From positions 1,054,001 through 1,118,000 of the forward strand of contig CP120453.1 in NCBI GenBank assembly GCA_034226945.1: DNA of 64,000 bases. The letters run 5' to 3'. The position numbers were made by a program, and so were the translations under genes. Below, in pieces: positions 56,532 to 64,000 of the stretch. The stretch is from Picochlorum sp. SENEW3. Lineage: Eukaryota. Under the pieces are notes generated by a model. That model was not told where the DNA came from, did not search any database, and saw nothing but the letters and a program-made list of their open reading frames with translations. Within the stretch, counting starts at the first letter, position 1, and every line of letters begins with the position of its first letter.

Positions 56532-59500
56532 ATGGGACAGGTAATTGTCTCCCTCTGCTTCCTGCTTCAAGTCTGGAGCAGCTACCAGGGTGTTTCTGGG
56601 ACTGAAGATACTCCACTCCATGCTGAGAGCAAATATTTGAGGAGTAATGCGTGGGAACTAGTGAAAGCTGGTAATAAGGCCATTACGTCTCTCTCGGAGC
56701 TGACTGACGGTGTCTTTTCTTTGGAGTTGTTTGCAGAGAGATCTGATTGTGGAGCAGGTACAGTTTTTCTCACTACATGCCACGACTGACACGTGCCATG
56801 GTATTCCAATTACACGTGCGTTTTTGATCGTCTTAAATGATGATTCGATGTCCTCATGCAGAGTACTTGGGGTTCTACAACAGGACTTGTTCGGTAGCAT
56901 TGTCTACTAAATCCTCTTCTGGGCCTGCTATGCGGGGACCCAGTGAATCTATGATATGGCGAGAGTGGTTGATACGCGTAGAAGATGACAAAGATGAATC
57001 CAAGAAAATTTCTCTTCAGGCATTCATCCACCCAGAGTTGAAAAAGGAGGCCAGATGTCTCGGGTTTGTGAGCACCTTCTATAATAGCCCAGAGTACAAG
57101 GGGACCTGTGTTATTCCTCCATACGGAAATGAATTATTTCTGAATGCCAGCCAGGATCAATCTAGAAAAAGTTCGCAGATTTGGACAATCCGTTCTGCGG
57201 ATCGCAGGGTAGGAGCATTTGAGTTGAGTGCCTCCAACAAGCCAGATGTCTGCCGACGAGTTCTGGCTGTCGAGGACTGTCAATCTCAGCCGGCGCTTGT
57301 ATTTGAAGAATCTACCTCTTATATCACAACGTCCATCAAGTATAGGACCTGGAAGATAGTTAAGAGATATGATGTAGTGCCAACGTCATCTCCACCCCCA
57401 CCTCCATCTCCAACACCACCGCCAACTCCTTCTCCACAGGACCTTGTATCACCACCGCCACCGCCACCGGCTCCGGTCCCAGGCCCAATCATATCTGCTC
57501 CCAGCTCCTCGAGTTCCGGGTATGTAAATGTCCGGGTAAATCAATTGGGGGGCAACAACCGCTGTTTTGTCAAAAACATTGTGATCACTGTCACAGGTAG
57601 CAGCATTGGATCAACTGCACATACATTGGAGGTGTCTGCGTCCTGGCCAGAATTGAATTCTGCAGGCGTCGCCGTCCCTTTGCAACAAATTGGCTATAAT
57701 TCCATCTACGCTACAGGGACATGCTCTTCGGGAGAGTCAACAGAAAGATCGAATGGCCTGTCAGTTTTCTACTCTGCCCCTGTAGGTCCTGCTCCAAAAA
57801 TTGCAGACTCTGTGCTCTTTTCTCTTCGGTATGATGGCCTCAGTGGATCATCGTTTAGCTCAACCGACAAGGACTTGGTTTGTGCAAATATTGGTCAAGT
57901 TCAACCCGGGGGAACTTGCCGAATCCTCTCTGTGCTTCCTGGCAGTGCAGTGGTCACAGGCACTGTCACATACCCTTCCAGCCAGGAAGCAACTAACCTC
58001 GTGCAGCAGCTCAATAGTGGGTCTGCATCGACAACGTTGTTACAAGGTAATTGGATGTCGGGGACCCCAACAGGGGTGGACACGGAGGTTGCTGAGCAGG
58101 AACCCCTCCCACCAACTCCAAGGACACCAGACCCGCCAACTGGTGTTAGGATGACACCATACAATGGTGATTGTCCAACTGCTGGCTTAGAAGTATCTTT
58201 CACTCCTCCAGCAGATAGAGCAGGAATTCTCGGATACATCACAACTTGCAGTCCTTCAGGGCCTTATTCAACAGCACCCTCCCTGTTGACTGCAACTGTT
58301 GTGAAAACTGGTGCAGGCACATCGCTCATCCGCGTGACGCCACTCAGTCCTCAAGTGAGCTACTCATGCTCGATGCAGAGTCTATCTGTAGACGACGTAT
58401 CTGCGTTCGCAACGTCTGGAGCGTCGGTGGTCACTGGCTGCACTCCATTGCCATCACCACCACCTCCTCCATTACCGCCACCTCTATCACCGCCACCTCT
58501 ATCACCACCTCCTCCATCACCACCTCCTCCATCACCACCTCCTCCATCACCGCCACCTCTATCACCGCCACCTCTATCACCACCTCCTCCATCACCACCT
58601 CCTCCATCACCACCTCCTCCATCACCGCCTCCTCCATCACCGCCTCCTCCGTCACCGCCTCCTCCATCACCGCCTCCTCCATCACCGCCTCCTCCATCAC
58701 CACCTCCTCCATCACCGCCTCCTCCATCACCGCCTCCTCCACCCTCTACATCATCGGTCACTGCTCCAATCATCTCTTCAGTAGAAAGAAAGATTGGATC
58801 CGAGAGCAATACGCTGCAGGTGACATGGGCCCCAGGAAATGACAGTGTTCCTCCAGCAGGAGATCCAGCATTTTTTGTGACATGCCTCACGAACGGCAAC
58901 CCGTGTCCAGCATCTCCGTCATATATACTGAATAGGCCACCTGGGACGACGACCACTGATGTGCAAGGTCTGCCAACCAATACCTTGTATGACTGTTATG
59001 TGGTAGCGAAGAATTATGACGGTAATGGTGTGTGTTCCGCTGCACAAAGGAATTCTACATACCCTGCCCCTACTCCTCCAATAATATCTTCTGCTGATTA
59101 CAATTTTTTTGATGTGTCAGTGGGAGTCACATGGACCCCAGGAATAGACAGTGTTCCTCCAGCAGGAGATCCAGCTTTTTTCGTAACATGCGTTACTAGT
59201 GGCACTCCATGCCCAGTATCTCCAGCATATAATGTGAGTAGGCCATCCGCGGCAACCACCACTATTGTGAGAGGCTTGTCAACTGACACAACCTATGACT
59301 GTTATGTGGTAGCCAAAAGCTCTCAGGGCAATGGTGTGTGCTCGAATATGAAAACTGCCACGACAGCATGTTTCCCTGGAGATTCTGTTGTGATTACCCC
59401 AACAGGAAAAAAGCTAATCTCTCATCTTGAGGTCGGTGATAAAGTTTTGACCGTCTCCAGAATGGGTTTGGTAATCTTTGAGGAAATTTACATGCTGGGG

Positions 59501-60031
59501 CACAAAGATTTCCACTCTGTAGGGTTATTCCTACGAATTCATACCCTCAGTAATGCTACCTTGCGACTTACACGTGACCACCAGATTTCATTTACATCCC
59601 ACGTAGATCAAGCACCTAAATATGGTCCAGCAGCCGCAGTCAAAGTGGGTGATTATGTCCATGTTCTCTCAGAAGACAACACTATTGTATCATTGAGCAA
59701 AGTTACAGCAGTGGAAGAGATCTTTGCACAAGGATATTTCAATCCATACACCATGGAGGGAAATATTGTCGTTGATGGAATTGTCGCATCCTGCCATTCG
59801 TCTTTCATCTTGGACAATTTGTTCAATAGAATGGGAATATCCATCCCTGCTGGGTATCAGGCTGTGTTTGCTCCCTTGAGAGTTATTTTCAAAGCTGTTG
59901 GAGCAAAAGCATTCCAGCATATCCAATTCCTAATAGATGCCATCATTGACATAGTGAATCACCCTCACTTGACCTGGAGTCAGATCATCAGAAATGAATT
60001 CTACTGCGGCAAAGTCTCCAAATGTGATTGA
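56532..60031 (+). CDS. Secreted Pro-rich (SPPPP) FN3 protein with C-terminal Hedgehog-type Hint/Hog domain, 2 exons
   Basis: Signal MGQVIVSLCFLLQVWSSYQGVSG, phase-1 intron 56758-56861; Hint motifs CFPGDS, LEVGDKVL, LTRDH, NPYTMEGNIVVDGIVASCH. Confidence 0.88.
58450..58745 (+). repeat. 15-nt coding tandem repeat encoding (SPPPP/SPPPL)n extensin-like tract
   Basis: About 19 tcaccRcctcctcca-type units. Confidence 0.95.
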
Positions 60032-60687
60032 AACAAACTCTTGTACTAGAAATGAAATGCACATGTATTGAATGCAACACAATCTTGTAAACTAGCAAAC
60101 TATTTTAATGTCGCCTTGGTGAGGGAAATTCCTTGACTCTAGTGCTAGACACCTACTCTTTCATATGAAAGTAGTATGCATACTCAAGAGTACACTGACT
60201 GGACCCAAGATGGCCATTGTCTCCAGGTTTCGAACAAGCTTGTACAATACATGGAGTGTCCAGCTCGGAATGTCAAGCAGATTGTCCTACTCAGCCACAT
60301 TGTATCCATTATTCTGCTTCAGATGTCCCTAAGTTTCATCTAGCAGACACAGATCCGTCAACGCACCCCTATGAAACAGCGAGACGGCCAAGGTCGTTTG
60401 TGGCGCCCTGCGAGACTGGCAGTTGGGCAACATCTCTGCGTATGACTGCCTGGTCAGCACCTGACCGTCTATAGTCGCAGTATCCGTTCATCAGATCGCG
60501 ATTCCTCTAAAGAGGGATCGCCCATGGGCGCCACCATCAAATACGGCGGTGATCCCGCTTGTAAGCGGGAATGCCGCAGCGCATGGCACTAACGGTAAAA
60601 AAATATTTGTCTCCAGGCTGTGCGGCACGGATCATCAATATCGACTTAAAATTTTCGTCTCTACGGTAAACAAAATCAAACCCTAAC

Positions 60688-61590
60688 ATGTTTCTTAAAG
60701 TTTTGCTTTACGCCACGTTCATCGTCTCTTCGGGTACGAGTGATTGCCGCGTCCCACATGTATTCGACCACCAAGTATCGGATGGCCATTATTTGAAATT
60801 GCTAAAGAATTAATAGAGCACTGTGTGTTGCATTAGAGAGTGCAGTGCATTGTACTTGCCGGGTATGGTGCAGTGTTCTCACGGTGATATTCATTACAAT
60901 GTTTGTACGCCATGTGCAGGACCTACCTGCCTCGGTCAAGCAGGAGAGAAGAATGAGACCCAGGTGAACTACGACACCTGCGTCACGTATCTCGAGGATG
61001 CTAGAGACTCCAAAGACACAGGAGGATTTGAGGCACTGGAGAAGACTATTTTTACGCAGTACCTGGAACATCCTTCGGGCCCTTATCTTATGTGCCACTA
61101 CACGAACGATTCCACAGATTTCCGTCAATTAACCCGCTTGATTCACCCGTACAATCCCAGAGGAGTCTCTATGGGTGACCGGTACGATCAGATGGAGGGA
61201 CAAGAGGCTGACACGTATCGGGAGAGCCAAGAGCGCCTGGTGAGAACTTCCAGGGAGAACAAGGACTCCGAAAACCTATTCCTTCAATGGTATCCCAACA
61301 ACCAAACCGCCGCGCAGGAGGCCGGAAAATACGTGAGCGGGGATCGCAGGGAGTATGTCATGCTTTCATTTGGATTGAATGACACTGAATACGAGGCTGA
61401 CCTGTTCCTGTGTGGCTGCCCGTACACGGGAATTCCGGAGGGTGATAGAAACAACACGAACGCGGTGGTCTTCTTCGATACGCGCGGAGGCGAGGAATCT
61501 TCCGGGGATCCCCTCTCACCAGGAAATGTGGTTGTCTCTTGGGGGCTGGCAGCATCGGTCGTCCTGTGCGCATCGCTCGGGGTGATTTGA
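60688..61590 (+). CDS. Secreted/GPI-type protein, Cache-like domain; paralog of 14490-15257
   Basis: Exon 1 MFLKVLLYATFIVSSG, phase-1 intron 60734-60919; shares PSGxY, IHPY, RREY, CxCP and IPEGxRNN motifs with the paralog; hydrophobic C-tail. Confidence 0.78.
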
Positions 61591-61854
61591 TTATGGGTGT
61601 GCTATACGTTCCGCCCACAAGGAGCGGCGCCCACGGATGATCATCCGAACAATAGAAAAGGTTGGGTCTAAGAAGATCAATTTTGATCTGCTCACAGTCT
61701 GTCATGAATGCGTTAAAAAGCATCATCGAGTTACATGGTCATAATAAACAGTCATTTTGATGTTGGCAGACCGATTATTTCTGGGAGGTCGAAATGATAT
61801 TAAATATTCGCGGTTGTCCTCCATTTTCCGCCATTAAAAAGATTTTTACTGTAA

Positions 61855-62637
61855 GGGCGGATCAAGTCGATTGTGGGATTTCTATTAGCCCCGCCCATGG
61901 GATTTTCTCAGAATTGGACCTGATTTTGCAAAGTGGTAATTTGAGCCAAATCCACCCTGATTGGGCTTTAACCAACCCCTTCGATGCATTCAAACATCCT
62001 ATACGCTAAGAAATGTCATTAGGTACCCGGGGCAAGTCTCAATAATGATATAATACGGCAGAGCCTGGATCTGCATCTCAGCTTCAGATCTGTCACAGGG
62101 ACAACACGAAGTGGGTCCATTTCCAAGGAGTTTCTGAGCATAAAACATATTTGACGCCTTTTTGAGATATTGAATCAACAAATTGGATTTAGGGCGAAGG
62201 AAACAGCTGAAATCACATTGAATGGAAAGGACATGGTCAGAGGATGCTTGAATTTTGCACTGTGTCGACATCTCTCTCGTATCTGGCGTGAAATCGAATG
62301 CCAAATGCAGATGTTCTCTATCTTGGTGTATCATGAGAGTATTTGGGGATGATGAACCTCGCAAAATTCGCCGGGGCTTTGGGGCACAAGGCTCGTACAG
62401 AGGATGCTATGGACAGTGATCCAGGCAAGATTCCTCCACACAGGATCAGCCAAGCGACCATGTTTATTATGTTTGTGCACGAGGATATGCATACGCATTG
62501 ATTCAGAGGTTTTAAGAGGCGATTGGATGCCAGCTTGGCACCTTTATCAAATTATCAATTATCAAAAGACGCCCCGCTCCCCCATAGGATTTTTTGGAAG
62601 TCACTAATAGAAATCCCACAATCGACTTGATCCGCCC
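61855..62637. mobile_element. Non-autonomous PIF/Harbinger-type DNA transposon (Tourist-like MITE)
   Basis: Perfect 34-bp TIRs GGGCGGATCAAGTCGATTGTGGGATTTCTATTAG (61855-61888 and 62604-62637) flanked by TAA on both sides. Confidence 0.88.
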
Positions 62638-63057
62638 TAAGAAACAAACGAGACAAAGACAAAACTAACGACACACTACAATCATAATCTTCTCGAGATT
62701 TGAAAACTCCACTTGAAAGGAAACTGAGACTCAAAAGAGTATCGAAAGTCCTCTCACTTAGGTTCTATGCAAAAGATAAACATGGTATCAGATCTGATGG
62801 CCATCACCCATATGGGTGGTGAGAACATCTTTCGGAACATGTCGACATCGGTCTGCTTGTACGGTCCCGGTGTCTACTGTGTGGGGCCTGGACATCAATC
62901 TCAGTCCAATTTTCCAAGCAACCCAGACTCGTCTTGTCGAATGGATGGAGATGTAGCGGTTTTGGAATATTTGGTTGTATGTTAAAAATAATTAGGTGTT
63001 TATGGGAAACGTCGGGTTTTACATTTGAATAACTGTGTGAATACTATCGTGTCGTAG

Positions 63058-64000
<943 letters not shown>

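Noticed and set aside
58246..58980. ITTSS, GGGD and MEEAV repeat ORFs; CRISPR-like periodicity
   Set aside because: Alternative frames of the SPPPP coding repeat; there are no unique spacers and no cas genes.
60678..60687. AAACCCTAAC as a telomerase RNA template
   Set aside because: A single telo-box-like motif abutting an ATG; the structured region lies upstream rather than downstream, and no Pol III promoter was seen.
61999..62607. Short ORFs inside the MITE as transposase
   Set aside because: Short, stop-interrupted and lacking recognisable DDE motifs.
62767..62985. 72-aa ORF upstream of SnRK1 as a conserved uORF
   Set aside because: No recognisable motif and no evidence it lies in the SnRK1 transcript.

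Overview
Gene-dense eukaryotic nuclear DNA with few, short GT-AG introns and very small intergenic gaps. The plant/green-algal gene set (PPR-SMR, PsaN-like, DUF789, EDR2-like, SnRK1) fits a compact-genome chlorophyte such as a Picochlorum-like trebouxiophyte; this assignment is inferred. About 36 protein-coding genes can be supported, many of them rebuilt here across introns: ABCG, PfkB, TRS23, PPR-SMR, RNase Z, KDSR, TAF10, GID4, MATE, LTA4H, dCMP deaminase, HPRT, REI1, RPL8, GMP synthase, EngA, cysteine synthase, SnRK1 and others. There is also one PIF/Harbinger-type non-autonomous element (34-bp TIRs, TAA duplication). The most unusual items are: (1) a secreted extensin-like/FN3 protein ending in a Hedgehog-type Hint domain; (2) a YbaK + OB-fold + 3'-5' exonuclease + DUF3427-like fusion; (3) a Hel2/ZNF598 ligase carrying an NFX1/Fap1-like R3H tail; (4) two paralogous signal-peptide/GPI-type proteins resembling bacterial single Cache domains; (5) a ~210-nt structured element with mutually exclusive pairings inside an HPRT intron. 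All family assignments come from motif recognition by eye; no database search was run.
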